Origin: Spizellomyces punctatus DAOM BR117
Lineage: Eukaryota
Assembly (NCBI GenBank): GCA_000182565.2
Contig: KQ257457.1
Strand: one strand, 5' to 3'
DNA: 64,000 bases
In this document: one piece after another, positions 35,701 to 49,292 of the stretch
How positions within the stretch are numbered: the first letter of the stretch is position 1
How the letters are laid out: each line of letters begins with the position of its first letter
Made by a program: the position numbers and the translations under genes
The notes under the pieces: model-generated
The model's input: the letters and a program-made list of their open reading frames with translations, nothing else
What the model was told of the DNA's origin: nothing
Database searches by the model: none

Positions 35701-38700
35701 ATGGCAACCTTGTTGAACGCAGTGATCTAAAAACCACCCTAGTTAGCCAACCCTATCATGATATCGAAAATCGCAGATACTACACACAAATAACGTACCA
35801 AATCCGTAGCAGAATAACCAATCTGAATACCCTTTGCACCAAAAGCACTGTCAATAGCATTCGCACCCAAAGCCTGACTAACAATCTTTGCAACTTCTTC
35901 TTGAGTGGCAGTCGTATCCGTGAAATGCAAGTCCGCATTCAAGTTGACCCGCTTCGTCCCATTGGTGGTATCCATGACCAAACCACCCGGAAGAGCAAGA
36001 TCCAAAAGCGGGTATCCATCCTGACCGAGCGGTACCTTGCCAAGGTCAGCCTTGGCCGCAACGTGGCCGATACTGAGATCAACCGGGAACGGGAGAGGGA
36101 GATTGAAGTCGGGTCCGGCTGTAGCTACAATTCGGCGTCCAGGTTGCGTCTCAACGTTGACGGTACCGAGGTTCTTGACAGAGTTGGCGAGCTGGGTAAT
36201 ATCCATAGGAATGGAGAACCCAACAGCTTTGATGAGGGTAGCAATATCCAGGTTGACATCCACCTTGTTCAAAACAGTCAACTAATAACAGAAAAGTCAG
36301 CCAAAATCAAGAGAAACAAATATCCAAAAAAAAAAACCACACTCACCCTATCACCCTCATTGGCACTGTTACCAACAAAGACCTTGTTGATACCAGCTGT
36401 CGCCCCATTAAGGTCACCAGAAAAGACAAACCCATCCACAATGCTCGCCAAAGCCGTCTGCGTCGCATCCGTGTCGGTAAACGTCATACCAGCCTCAAGG
36501 TTCAAAGCCGCCCGACTGTTGTTGGTTGCAATCGATATTCCTTTACCAACAACCACATCGGCAAGTGGGTCACGGTTGACCTTGGCGCTCAATGCGGCAT
36601 AACCGAGTCGCAGACTGACAGGGAATGGGAGGTTGAAATCGGCATTAGCACCCAACTCCATACTCTTTGCAGGCGCGGTGTGAGCCTTCACACGGTGGAT
36701 TTGGGCATTAAGAGCAGAGATGGCGCCTCCAATGCTGAACGGCAGTTGAATACCCATGACACCCAAACCACGCTCAAGGTCAGCGGGAATCTCAACTCGG
36801 CTCAAAGCGGTAATAAGATCGCCCTGGTTTGCTCCAATGGCCAACTTGCTTAAACCAATGACAGCACCCAAATGCTGACCAGTCATAAAGTTGTTGACAA
36901 GCTGCGCAACCGTGTCCTGCGTCGCTTCATTGTCGGTAAGCTTGAGCTCGGTGTTGAGATTCAAACGAGTGGTCGGACCCGTAGCATCAAGAACCAATCC
37001 GCTAGGCAACAAAAAGTCGAGAAGTGGGTGGGTGTTCAATCCGACAAAAGCACCAACGTATCCAATGTTTGCCGCAATCTTGAAAGGCGCTTGGATACCC
37101 ATATCCACAACGACACCCAAGTTGTTCCCAGGTCGGGTTTCGAGTGTCGCACCGCCAAGTGCAGGTTTCATGCCGACAAGAAGAGAGAATATATCGCTCG
37201 GTCCATCTACTGCAATCAATGCATCCAAAGGTATACTGAGCCGCACTTTGCTCAAGGCTTGAATCTGGTCTCCAGCACTGTACCCGAGTCCCAAAGCTCC
37301 AAGGTCGATAGAAGTGTCCAGACTTGAGCCAGCGAAAAAGTTTGCCACCAAGTTACCGACAGCAATTTGAGCAGGCTCATCATCCTCGAATGGAATCGCC
37401 GTGTTTAGGGCAACATCGCTTGTTCCACCAGCACCGTTAGCCGCAACCTTGACACCAGTCGGCAAAAAGAGACCCAGGAGGGGGTTAGCGTTGATACCAA
37501 CTTTGGACGCAAAATAACCAACGTTCAAAGACAATGCAAAGGGAAGCTTCAAGCCAACATTTGCATTCAACCCAAGTGTCTTTTGCGGGAGTGTGTCAAC
37601 CTTTATCACACCAGTCAACACATTCGACATGCTGCTCATGAGCTCATTGACATGAAGAGGTAATTTGATCGGTAACATGCTCACAACCGTGTTGATGATC
37701 GTTTTCGTGTCCATCCCATCCGTAATGGGACTCAAATCGGCATCAACGGCGCTCAACAAATCGTTGATGTCCTGAGCGCTTGATCCAAAGTACAACGTCT
37801 TGACATTGACACTAGGTGCAATATGACCCGCAATAAAGTTGTCCACAAATTCCGCAACCTTGTCGGGGATGCTTCCATCAGTTTGATCAAACACCATCAT
37901 CAGTTTGGGTGCAATCACACCTTGTCCGCGGACAAGGGTAATATCCGTTACTTGGACAGTAACAAGGTTAGAGCCACCGAGTCCGGCAGTCAATTGGAAG
38001 AATGGAACCTTGGCAGCAAGGGCGAGCGGATTGACGTATCCTGCTGCGACTGCAGCTCCGAGAGTGGCACCAGGAAGGGTATCCAGCGACGCCGAATTGA
38101 GATCAATGTTGAGCTTGCTAAGAATGTCGGCGCTAGGAAGCAAGCCAGACATATCGATCGGGGACGTATCGGGATGCGCAAGGGGATTGATCTCGTTGAT
38201 CAAATCAGCGGGAGCAACAATCTTTACCGGCTTCAATTGATCAATGACCGCACCTCCGACCTGGCCACGAGCACCAGGAGGCGACAGAACGAGGCTGGTA
38301 ATTCCAAACAAGGCCGTAATGTCCTGTTTCTGTAATACTTGGTTCACAAGGAGAGCAATCTTTTCTGCCATGCCACCCGCACCGGTCGCAACACCCGCCG
38401 TTAGTTTGATATCAAGACCACCAGGTCCAGAAACCAATTTCAACGGAGGAAGCGCCAAGCTCAATAATCGACCATCGTCAAGCAAAACATCAAGGTCAAT
38501 GTTGCCCAGCGACATGGAAATATTGAAAGGGTTGTTGACATCGGCAGCGAGACCAAGAGCCAATTCAGTCGATTTGACAATTTCGAGATCCGCACCCGTC
38601 ACCTTGACCAATCCAGGTTTCAAGATGGACGTTTTCAATCCCGTCATCACGCGGTTCACCAAATCCTTCAAATTAGCCGTACTCAACTCGATGGCAATCT

Positions 38701-41206
38701 TGGAAAACGTGACAAAAGAGGCATTGGCCGAAGGACCAAACATCAAGTTTGTAATACCCGCCGAAGAAGGTATCGACCCATCTTTTAAGAGCGAGTCCAC
38801 CAAATTCTGAAGCTTGGCCGGAAGTTCGGGGGTCCGTGACAAGACTGCTTGAGCATTCAAAGCCATAGGGCCCGTATTGGGAATAAGTTTCAATCCCGTA
38901 GGCAGACCCACGGACGCAGCTTGGACTTTTTCAACTGCCAAATCCAACGACGCATATCCGATATCCAGGGATAGCTCAGGAAGGGTGGGTGGGAACTGAA
39001 TGTTGGCTGAACCTTGTGCAGAGAAACCAGGCGCGTTGAGCAGCTGGTCAATGGCGAGAGAATTGATGCTGAGGGGAATCTCCGTTCCATTCTTGGTCAC
39101 CAGATCAACGATACATGGGAGACAGATCACGGTAGGGAGTGGAACCTTGATGGTTGAGTCCTTGAACAGCATGTTGCTCCATTGGAAGGGCTGTTGACCA
39201 GCGGCAAAAAAGGAGAGCGACTTGAGATCAATACTGGATGGTTGAGGAACAGCAGCCAAGATCGGGTTCAAAGCCGTAGCGAGTGCTTCAGCAGCAGGCA
39301 TCGAGTTCTCGGGGTGAATGACAACGGTCGTTTGAATCTTCATGTCATTATCGCTCGTCAAGACCGTGATGGGGTAAAGATCCAATCCCAGAGTCTTTTG
39401 CGCTCCACCGTAGAGGGCAGCAGATACATTGTACTTTATCTCAACCTTTTCTGGCAATGGTAAGATACGAGCAAGTCCAATCGTAACGGGTGCGATAATG
39501 CGATCCGACAATACGTTCGCCGCAAGTTTGGTGTTGCCAACGAGTTCTGCAACACCGCGAAGTGTCAAAATGTCTCGGATTTTGGGAAACTGGAGGGCGT
39601 CTAAAAGTTCCTTCATGGGGAGGTACAAAGCCAACGGGCTGGTGATGGTCTCCACCCAGTCACCATGGGCAATTCGGACGGGACCCGCCACGGCAACCTT
39701 TAAATCCTCATAGTTGCCAGTAGCCAACAACCTATCCAAGACAGCGGAGATGGTCTTACTGACACCATCGGGCGTAATCGCCGGGTCATCAAAGGTGATA
39801 TCAGCCGTCAACTGGAGTTCTTGCAGCGACTGTTCCAAAGAGAGTTCACGGACATTGCAGCGAGCAACGACTTGTTCCTCGACTGCTATACCAAATGACA
39901 ACCCACGGATATCACCAATAGTAACACGAGTGGGATTCTCGAGCCAGAGCGTCGCATTGACGGTGACACCCTTATCGTTCATCTCAAGGGCCAGAGCGTC
40001 AATCTTGATTTCTGGGAATCCAATATCGGTGAGAAGGCTAATGAGGTCTTTGGCAGCAAAACGCTGCCGAATCAAAGAATCTAGTTGAAAAAAGAAAAAA
40101 CAAGCATATTAAAATCTTTTTTTTCCATGTCGAGTCGAGATTGCTTGCGGTTGACACTTACTCATATTTTGGGCTTTCAAGAAACTTGGCATGGACTTTA
40201 AGAGCGACTTGAGGTTGGAGTCAATACCATTGATCTTTCCCAGGTTAAGGTACAAGGGCAATCCTTTGTAAAAAGTAATACCAAACATCTTGATGGGGAA
40301 CTTTCCACGAATCTGGAATTCAAAGTCGTTCAATCCCTTTGTCGAGAACAGCTCTACAAGTTTTGCCGTTTCTTCTGGGTTACAGTGGTCCAAACTGACG
40401 TATCCCGACATGTCCACCTTGAGCGGTTTGTTCAGCGTGATGGGAAGGTTTGGAATGTGAACATTCACCAAGCCATTCTTTTCATCGCCTCGTTTATGAA
40501 CCTGAACATCGGTTTCGCCAATTTCGACTGTGATGGGCAACCAAAAGGGGGCGGGCATAGATGCCTTGACGGCAAAAGCCACATTCTCTGGAGAAAAGTT
40601 GCTCACGACCATCTTTTGTAGATCGAGGTTATCCAACTTTTGGTTGTTGAGTTGAGATTGGACCATACTGGGGATAAAGATGAAGTAGGTCAGGGGACCG
40701 AATACGATCATGAGGAATAGGAATCCGATTAGGATATGGAGGAGGATGAATTGCCATCGCTTGAATCGACCACCACAGTATTTCGGAGTACGCCGTTGTT
40801 TATCCGAAAGGTTTGGGGTTTTATAATCGTATACAGGCTACGTATGAACAAAAGTGCAATGGCAATGATGAGATGAACATGCTGCTGCAACCAACCATCA
40901 TCAAATGTACATTACCTTGTACCAAGACAGAATCCGTCCAGCCAGTGTTAGCTTTGGACTCTTGGTAGAGTAGACATCATCCGCAGCCCGGTACAACATG
41001 GCCTCTGGATCGTACTCGTCATCATCCTCCTTTGATTTGTAGGTACGAGTATCGGTGGTAGAAGCATAGGCAGACACGGCCTGGTATTCCCGTTCATGCT
41101 TTGACACCTCGTCGTCTTCAAATTCGGGTTGTGACAAGAATCCAGGAGCGTGTTCCTCGCTAGGGGTAGATGGAGCGGGATCGTATCGATCGTAGACAGC
41201 AGCCAT
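29741..41206 (-). CDS. Giant (~3,600 aa) membrane-anchored protein built of tandem DUF3712/Tag1/LEA_2-like beta-rich modules; about 8 exons
   Basis: Collinear minus-strand ORFs 40901-41206, 40109-40711, 36278-40075, 35739-36281, 33870-35696, 33290-33763, 31961-33247 and 29741-31894 are separated by short GT-AG introns. TM near 40690-40760 (WQFILLHILIGFLFLMIVFGPLTYFIFIP). Repeated module ETxPxxxL...F.LPF.I...GY...L.L.T.L.F.D...TQ..V..LV...G...L.FG.S..D.IT.LSK. Confidence 0.8.
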
Positions 41207-42486
41207 TATTATAGAATATTAAAAAGACTAGTAGTAAGTATCTATGAGTCTATTTGTATGAGATTAAGAAAGGTATCAGCGTGCGTCCATTCGTAGTGGT
41301 TTTTGATGGGGGATAGAGAGGGAATCGGTAAAGAAGAGTGGAAGGAGACCAGCTCACTTCGATACAGGCAAGAATTCAACAAAAGGGTTGAATCTGTAGC
41401 GAGTTCCCTTTTGAATGAATGCAAGAGAGCCTGCGACAATGAACCAGCAAGCAACAAATCAAAGAACAAGGAAGGAGGAGGGAAGAATTCAGATCCCCTC
41501 TAAAAAGCCCGTCTGTTCTGTTGTTATTTTACAAACACACTCTTACAACAACATCTTCTCTTTCTATTCTAAAAACTCTCTCTCTCTCTCTCTCTTTCGT
41601 CAGCCAACTCTTCTCAAAACGGTTCAACAACTCCCTCCCAAAACAGTCTAAATGAAGGTCACTTAAGAGAAAAAGTCAAATGGGGGGAGAGAAGAAAAAT
41701 GAGCAAATTAGATGTGAAATTTAAAGAGTTTTCTCTTCTTGTTCTCAGCAGATGCCGTCGTCACGGGGGGAGTTTAGAAAACGATTTGGGAGTTTTCAAA
41801 CAACACTCCACACAAAAATCTCTCTCTCTTTGCCTGTCGTGACCTTTCTCCCAACTGCAACAGTTCTGTCTCACTGACTGACTGTTCACACTTATACATG
41901 ACTGTGCCACTGTGCAATTGAACAATTATGTGAGACGTTTAAAGATGACGCTTTTGGTTGATGATTTTTCTATTTTTGATTTTGGCTTTTGTTTAAACGT
42001 TTTGTCTCATCATCCCATCTGCCCTTTCCAACGAAATTCATAGTGCTGTTTTTGCTTGGCTTTTCTTTCTTGGGGTTTACCGTTTTCAAATGATGTCAAA
42101 GGTGCATTCAGAGGTTTTGGGTTAAAACTACGGCTAGCCAAGATTCCCCCCTCAAAAAAAAAAAAAACTTTCGGCCCCGGCCTCTTTTTTTTTTTTGTTG
42201 CTTTTCTTTTGACGTATACTAGGTTTTGACGGGTTTGGAAAACTGGCTCTTTGCTGGCGTAACGTTCCGGCGGTCGGTTTTTTGTTTGCGGGCTCACTCT
42301 TGCTTATGTTTTCCATTATTGAAAAAGGTCTATCAGATCAACAGATTTGGGATTCAAACTATACTCGTCATGATAGATCAGAGTGAGATTATACTCGTAC
42401 CCCAAAGATGGAAAACTATGCATGAATGAGTTCAGAACCAAGAGCAAGGTTCTGGTGAAGACTTTGGAGGAGGAATTCCAAGTGTA

Positions 42487-43062
42487 CATAGTGTGGAGCT
42501 GACAGAAAATGGCACTAGGACCCATTATTATCCGGATCAATCCGGTTAATTATATCGCATAATCAGAACCCCCATCGCTGAAAGCAGCCTGCTAATGTTC
42601 TCCAAACTGCGGTGTGGCATGCATGTAATGTTTTTTTTTTAAACTACGGTGAGCTGGAACCAGCAACAATCACTCGGAACCAACAAAACTGCTATTATGC
42701 TATTATGCTGCCTACCACAAAACTACTATTAGGCAGCATAGTAGCATAATAGCAGTTTTGTTGGTTCCCGGGAGGGCGAGGTCCTCGGCACCACCACATC
42801 TGCATTCTCATGATTGACCGGAGTCACGATGAGAGTTGCGCAGATGGTTTGAGAGTCGAGGATGGGTAAAGAGGAAAGAGGGAAAAGACCCCCCTTTTAT
42901 AGACGTTCGGCATGCGCCTCACCGCAGTTTAAAAAAAAAACATTACATGCATGCCACACCGCTTTGAGCAATAGATGGGGGTTCTGATTATGCGATATGA
43001 TTAACCGGATTATCCGGATAATAATGGGTCTTAGTGCCATTTTCAATTACCTCCCCACTATG
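42487..43062. mobile_element. Foldback derivative of the 23677-24416 TIR element (two left arms in inverted orientation)
   Basis: Starts CATAGTGTGGAG and ends CTCCCCACTATG. Both arms share ~150 bp (GACCCATTATTATCCGG...GCGGTGTGGCATGCAT...AAACT.CGGTGAG). The right arm is the reverse complement of ~23677-23990. Central ~39-bp inverted repeat at 42676-42768. Confidence 0.85.
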
Positions 43063-43140
43063 AGTCGTTCTACCTATTGCATACGTAAGCATGAAACCTG
43101 TGTTTTTTTTTTTCTTCCCATCGCCTTTGTTCCCACACAA

Positions 43141-43913
43141 GATATTAGCGTATCGTCGTCGTTTAATTTGTCGTTCAACTCACTCAAACACAAGATGGCT
43201 CAACTCCCAGGTTCCATTCTTATCGCCGAGACGTTCCCATTCTGCGTCAACGGATTTGGACGATGCTGCTATACTCTCCCCCGTTCGATCGAACGTTAAT
43301 GGGAGATTTGTTCTGGTTCTGTCATGTCCTCCCGGAACGTCAAACAGAATCGTTTTGCCAGTATGTCGTATATGTCCTGTGTGATGATAGGAATTCTAAT
43401 GTGTTGTAGATCACCTCCTTGAGATCGAGTCTTGTCTTTGAAAAGTATCATTGTCAGCATGAAAGGGCACTACGAAGAACGTTATATCCGCTAGGCGAAA
43501 CTCCTGCACATGATGACATTCAAGCTATTCCACTTACCGCCCCGTACTTAAAGGTCCCCTCATATTTGAAACTGGCCTCACCGGTCACACTTGATGCTGG
43601 GAGTCTGCATATTCCCCATGAAGGCCAATTTGGAATTGAGAGTTCCGAATTAAACAAAGTCATCAGTTATTGTCAGGATCTTTGGTTTCCTAATTTCCGG
43701 AATGACAAAACACGCGGATTGAGCGGTCAAGATTCGCAAGCACCCAAACAACCCCAAGAATACGACACCCTTTCGTGGGCTGATGTCGCCAGAACAAAGT
43801 CTGCATCGCAATTAAAGGGAAAGAAGGAAACGGATTGGAGTGAGGATTCGCGATACTGGGAGGATGAAGACATTTTCGCCCACAGCCGAGCAGTTTTGGC
43901 TGCAGACTGGTAA
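43141..43913 (+). CDS. Hypothetical protein with PemK/MazF-like (DUF6590-like) sequence pattern; 5' end unclear, possibly disrupted by the adjacent element
   Basis: Intron 43361-43409 (GTATGT...TAG) joins ...NGRFVLVLSCPPGTSNRIVLP|ITSLRS... in frame to ORF 43419..43913 (LKVPSYLKLASPVTLD...IESSELNKVISYC). Confidence 0.45.
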
Positions 43914-44178
43914 ACTTTAACTTTTAAATTCCTATTATGCATTCTCCATATTATCTCTCTTATGCCGTAGAACGTACGATGCTTAAAGAAAGGCAGTATA
44001 GAATAGGTGTTATCATAAAGCAGCCAAATACAATTGCAAAGTCATTCCAGTAAATTTCAACTTTGTACATACATTCAAAAACGATATACAATACTCAATA
44101 TTCCCATTCCACACAATACCTTTTTCAAAAACATTTCCTTACGCCTTTTTCAAAAAAATGTACGTAACAACAACAAAA

Positions 44179-45742
44179 CTACTCTTCATCAACCCCCTCA
44201 CCAACCCGCCCAACAACACCCACAACACCCTCCAAAACCCCACGAGCACCCTCCCTCCACTGTTGAACCTCCCCAAACTCACATGCATCAACAGACCATA
44301 TACCATCCGCAGCATAAGATACCCAACCCAGGGAATTGATAGTGTCGATAAAGGATGCGATGCGGGTTTCGCCGGACCGGATTTTAGCGATTTGGGGCGG
44401 TTTGTACATTTTTGAGAGAAAGGTTTGTGGGAGGGGTGTGTGGTGTTTTAGGGGGGTTGTGAGGCGTCTGTGGAGGGTGCGAGGGCGCCGGGGGAGGAGA
44501 CGGGTAGGGGGCCGTGGTGAAGGGAGAGAGTCGTCTGGGACGGGGTGTTGGAGGAGGGGGTCCGTGATGTTGGGTGGGGCGATGGAGGTAGAGTACATGT
44601 AGCACTATGAGTTATCGAATGAATAAGCAAAAAAACCAAGCAAGAAATAGAAATAAAAAAAACCTTACCAACAACCCATTCGCACCCCCCTCAGTCAAAA
44701 ACGTATCCGCAACCGCCACATCCGGGACCATTCCATAGTACCGCATAACATCCCTTACACTCGCATCATTCGCATCCGGGTTATCCGAATCCACATTCCC
44801 AGTAAAAGTCGAATTCACATCCGGATGAAGCTTTTGCCAAATCACCCACCATCGATCCAAATTCGTATGATGGAGCCAGAAAATGGGGTCATTTACGGAT
44901 GTGCTCAACCCAGATAAATCCCCTCCAAAGGAATTGTGAACGTTATTATGGGGGTGAGCTTCCAGTGTTCTTCGAAAGGCGTCAAACGTGGTGTGTCCGA
45001 CGATCCATTCCATTTCAATGGGACTGTATTGGGCGCCCATCATGTCACCATCTGTTTCGCTTCCATTGCGGAATTGGCGTTGGAGGCAATGAGGGTCTGG
45101 AAAAACGGCGGTCGAGTTTGCGAATACGCCCGTTGTGAGGCAGTAATTGGAGGATGGGGATCCGTTGCCGCCAAAGTAGGTTGGAGAAAGGAGGGGGGAG
45201 AGATGCGGGGATTGGGAGTCGTAGGACCAGTCCCAGTATGGAAAAGGGCCGGTGTAGTTGCAGAGGGCTGTCAAGGCGTGTTCGTAGATGCTGAGAAAGA
45301 TGCGGTGCCAGGGGAGAAAGGCTGCCTATGGAAAGTCAGAAAAAAGTGATGAAACATATTACAGAGAGCAAGATGTATTTGAAAATGTCAAAACGTCCAC
45401 CCAAAATCAATAGATACTCAAATATCCTGATCAACAGAGTGAATTTCACATTATTCGTACCGTGTTATGAGCGGCAGGCACATTCTGCATATGAACATGA
45501 ACGAAATCATCATACACGGAACGACTGTCTGGAACTCGGAGCAAGCTAGGTGTCTCCCGTAAACACACGACAGCCGACAAGTAGGCTACCCGCTCTTGTT
45601 CAGTTAATTCGCGAAACTCTTTGCGGACCTTGACGGTGTTGCATGAAAACTGAGACCATAGAATGGATGGTTGCGGTGCCTGAGGGGAGGGTTGAGCGAG
45701 GAGAATGGGAATAAACGTTGTGAGCAAGAGAATCAAGAGCAT
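44179..45742 (-). CDS. Secreted tyrosinase / type-3 di-copper protein (introns ~45326-45461, ~44605-44667)
   Basis: Signal peptide, VRKEFRELT, CuA YDDFVHVH...AHNT|AAFLPWHR, PYWDW, CuB HPHNNVH...NDPIFWLHHTNLDRWW and C-Y-x-Y. Confidence 0.93.
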
Positions 45743-46452
45743 AATGATAGTTTTTATAATGTTTGCTTGTACACTCTTCCCCCCTCGCTCAGAGACATGT
45801 AAAAACTATTGAATGAACGAGGTTTCACGCCCTTTTTCAACAAAGGCTGGAGGAGGAGGGGGAAAAAGAAAATGGTTTATCACTCGGACCTTTTTTTGAC
45901 AATGGAATCTAGGATAAAATCTCTAATAAATGCTACACCCATTCCATCCTGCTTTCATAGGAGATGGCAATGTCAGATGGATGATGACACTCTCTGGATC
46001 GAAAATTCCTTGCACGAATTCCCTTCCAAAAAGCCCCCCCCCCCTCCACATACAAGTTGTAAAAAGTACCTTGAATAAATGACATGTTCTATAAAGCGCG
46101 AGATTGGGCGAAGCAAAAGAAACAAAAAAATAACGTGTATTTCCCTTACAAACAAAAACGTAGTAGTAATAGCATGACGAATGTGAAAGGATGTGATGCG
46201 GAAGAGAGATCTGAATGTCCCTACTGCCAATGAACGCCTTGTCCCTAACCTGCAACCGTAGAGATTTGTCAAGCCTTTGGAGAAGGGTAAAGTACATCAA
46301 AGGGACACGACAGACACACGCAGTAGTTGTCAGTCATTTTGCCCTTTTTGCCGTGTGTAAAATGCAAGTATGCGCAAACGCAGATGCTCAACATGGACCT
46401 ACTTACTAGGCCAGATCTAAATAATAATAAAAACAGCTGCTTGAACACCTTG

Positions 46453-46498
46453 TAGCTAACACTCTTGCTGACACTTTTGCTGACACTATTGCTGACAC
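46453..46498. repeat. About four 12-bp tandem units (TTGCTGACACT-like) in the divergent tyrosinase/GH26 intergenic region
   Basis: tagctaacactc ttgctgacactt ttgctgacacta ttgctgacac. Confidence 0.6.
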
Positions 46499-47130
46499 AT
46501 GGACAATCACGTGACATCATTCATGTAACCCGATATGGACAGCGGCTCGTGGCCCTCCATTTGGGCCAACGTGGGAAAAATAAAAACGGCCATGGCATAA
46601 AAATGCGGGGGGGCACAGCAACAATGCATTTTACACAGCCATGTTGAGAGGAGTGAAGAAAGCCATAGCAACAGAGGAGGGAGTCGATAAGAGAGAAAGA
46701 AGTAAAAATTTCCTTTTTTGAACAGAAGCGGCCAACAAGAAGAGTTTCAAAAAGTGACTTCATTCCCACACATGGAGAGAGAGAGCACACAACACAGACA
46801 AGGGAAGGTGCTCAGTTGCAAATGCTATTGAAGGAGTAGGAACTCTCACTTGTTCATAAAAAGTGTGTTAAAGGGCTTTACTAGTTTTACTTTATATTCT
46901 TATTTTCTTTTACTATTATTATTACTAGTCGTATTCTTTACTCTTGTCTTTCTATCACACACACACTATAGTAGAGAGAGAGATAGAGAGAGGTATGTTA
47001 CTCGCATTTCACACACATGCACAATTGTGTATGCTCATTGGTTTCTTTTTTCAGCATCCACTCTTCTTTCTTCTTCCTACTCCCTCCTCCCCATTGTCTG
47101 TGCAATCTGTTGAACAACACACAATTCATC

Positions 47131-48569
47131 ATGGGGTACCAATCACGCCGCCTCTTTTGCGGCATTCTCTTTTGGCTCAAGACGACATTTGCTGTCGCTC
47201 TCGCATTTGCTATTATGGCTGTCCTCTCTCTCCGCGTTTATACAAAGCACAAGGACGCCATGGACGAGAGAGCAAAGCAGCCCATTAACACGCCCATTGC
47301 CATCGATCCCGCTAATCTAGGCTGTCAGTATCAACCTGGCGGTCTGGCAAGGCTCGAGCCCGCTCAAGGCGTATTGATGGGTTACTCGCCCAACTGGAAT
47401 CCAGATGTGCCCACTACCATCAACCAGCGATTGGGAAGGCGCGCTGCCGTCTTGTATGTTTTTATTGTTTTTTTGTATCGTTTTTGGAACAAGACGCTGA
47501 CACTAGGTTTTCAGCAACACGTTTATGCGCTTGGTCAATGACCCCGTCAACCCAGTGGACCAAAACATGTTGGACTGGCACGCTGCAGAAGTCATTAACG
47601 CTGGAGGAATCATGGCTTTGACCCTCGAGCCCATTGACATGCTGGGTGTCACGGACGCTGTCATTGATAAGGTCACGGACCATTTCCGTCGCTTGAACGC
47701 GGGAGGCTGTCCCATCATTCTTCGCTACGGACACGAAATGAATGGGGAATGGACAAACTATGGCTATCGGCCCAACATTTACATTCCTGCTTTTCAGAAA
47801 ATGGCTACTGCTGTGCATGCAAAGACCAATTTGACAGGTGAATACCTAAAAAGCGGCATAAACGCTTGATCCGTACCACAAAAACTGATTCTTGTCTGTT
47901 TTAGCCATGTTATGGTCGCCCAATGTGGGTGCCTTGTATCCGTTCACGGCCACGGCAGGCGGAAGCACTTGGCAGACGGCGGATCCAGCCAATTTGGCCC
48001 TCCTCGACACTAACGGCAACGGCATTGTCGACGCTGGAGACGATCCATACATGCCCTACTACCCTGGAGATGAATACGTGGACTGGGTCGGCCTTAGCTT
48101 GTACTATTACCAAGACGCTGCTCCCAATGCCGTTCCTAAAGCCACCTTTTTCGACGACTATCTAGAAGGCCAAAACTTGGTGGCGTATGGAGCAGATGCC
48201 AATGTTAATTTGGCTTTGCGCAACTTTTACCAGCGGTTTGCCGTGGAAAAGAAAAAGCCCATGGCTCTCTCAGAGTCTGGGGCCGGGTACCTCATGAACC
48301 AAGCTGGTGCAACCGAACTGGCCGTCAAGCAAGGCTGGTGGGAACAAACCCTCAACACTGCCACTCTGGCCCGTTTAACCCAACTCAAACTGATTATCAA
48401 CTTTGAGGAACAAAAGAATGAGGCCGCCTATGTCAAAAACTGGGCCGTCACGACCAAACCCGAGATTTTGGCTGCGTACAATGCACACCTCACACAATTG
48501 GGTGCAGCTGTATTGTGGGCCAACAAGTTGGGTGTGAGCTGCGATGGATCGCTCAAGACGAGTGCTTAG
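47131..48569 (+). CDS. Glycoside hydrolase family 26 (beta-mannanase-like) with an N-terminal membrane anchor (introns ~47454-47514, ~47838-47904)
   Basis: LRYGHEMNGEW (acid/base Glu), MLWSPN, YYPGDEYVDWVGLSLY and KPMALSESG (nucleophile Glu). EF-hand-like insert LDTNGNGIVDAGDD. Confidence 0.9.
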
Positions 48570-49292
48570 ATGCTTTTTTTTTCTTACATGGACCCGGCTG
48601 GTTCTTTTTTAAATTTCATATCATAGCTTTTATGTGTTTTAAATTCGAGTAGTGTGTGTATGTGCGGGGGTGAACAAGTATATAGGGTTGTATCTTTTTT
48701 GTTTCTCTTCTTTTTTCCCTATAGATTTTAACAAAAAAAAAAGGACTTTTGACATTTCATTGTCTTTAAATCTCTACTACTGGGTGCAGGCTTTTATTTT
48801 GCAATGGGAACAGTGTGTTGATCACCACTTGTATGCTAAACAGGATGGTAAAGAAACAAAGTTGCAAGAGAGTTATGCGCAGAGCGAGGATCGAACCCTT
48901 TGTTGTTTTGGAGTGCCTTTGTACTTGTGTAACACACAAGAGGGTACTTGCTAAACCCACAACAATAAGCATTATGAAACTCTAGTGAAAAATCCTTTGG
49001 GATCCCATAAGTACTTTGTGTATTTAAGGATTATGGATGGGTGACACGTGAATGGGGGGTTTGCGGCATTCCCACACACATTAAGGTTATTATTATTGAG
49101 TGAAAGAGAGAGAGTAGAGGATATGGGGCTATTTTTTCTTTGAGGTTTTTACACAAGTTGCTTTTTGGTTTGCTTTTAGAACAAGTTTTGTTTGAGCTTC
49201 CGTTTTATTTTGAACGGAGAGGCCGTATTATCTTTTTGGGGGGGTGTGAACTAGTTTGTTTTTGTTGCGACTTGCTTTTGAGTCAAAAAACA

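Noticed and set aside
30302-40088. Many long plus-strand ORFs inside the giant gene
   Set aside because: Antisense shadows caused by the biased codon usage of the minus-strand CDS.
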